This document shows, piece by piece, positions 63,753-64,000 of a stretch of 64,000 bases of DNA (positions are counted from its first letter, which is position 1; each line of letters starts with the position of its first letter). The stretch lies in contig NC_090380.1 of NCBI RefSeq assembly GCF_036365525.1, forward strand, positions 71,971,757 through 72,035,756, given 5' to 3'. The DNA is from Heterodontus francisci (lineage: Eukaryota). The translations under genes were made by a program, and so were the position numbers. The notes under the pieces were generated by a model that saw nothing but the letters and a program-made list of their open reading frames with translations, ran no database searches and was not told the DNA's origin.

Positions 63753-64000
63753 TCCATCTTATTAGCTTTTGGAATGTCTTGTTTCAGAGCCTCTGCTAGA
63801 GTCATGTCCTTGGCAGAGATAACAGGCATACACTGTCCTAGCTGCCTGCTATAGAATCTTTCTTAATAAAAGAGAGAGAGAGAGCTATTTCTATTAGATG
63901 CAATTAATTTCTTTAAAAATTTTAAGGCTATTAGACAGCCATTTCTTACACCCAGCTGGATGATGGTGGAGAGACATTGGAGGAGGATGGTGTGGTCAAC

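Overview
Eukaryotic, repeat-rich vertebrate DNA, almost certainly from a shark or other elasmobranch (HE1-type V-SINEs, HER1/CR1 LINEs, Deu-type SINEs, Penelope elements). The only host gene is on the + strand: coding exons 2-9 of PTGFRN (EWI-F/CD9P-1; six Ig domains, a TM helix and a short tail) at 21215-42193, all joined by phase-1 GT-AG introns, with a probable 3' UTR of about 3.6 kb. Exon 1 (signal peptide) was not found and probably lies upstream of the window, making 1-21214 intron 1. The rest is layered retroelement debris: (a) a 14.1-kb decayed Gypsy provirus (3431-17543, CAACT target-site duplication) holding several nested LINE/SINE insertions; (b) four solo LTRs with 4-bp TSDs; (c) CR1, L2, RTE and Tx1 LINE fragments; (d) Penelope elements whose terminal repeats carry minimal hammerhead-ribozyme motifs, including a TSD-flanked inverted pair; (e) a tRNA-headed SINE sharing both its body and its tail with a LINE family in the same window. 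I found no prokaryotic-type system (CRISPR, operon) and no convincingly novel protein-coding system. The most interesting signals are the hammerhead motifs, the SINE/LINE relationship and the nested insertion history. Comparisons to human PTGFRN and to repeat families are from memory, not from searches.
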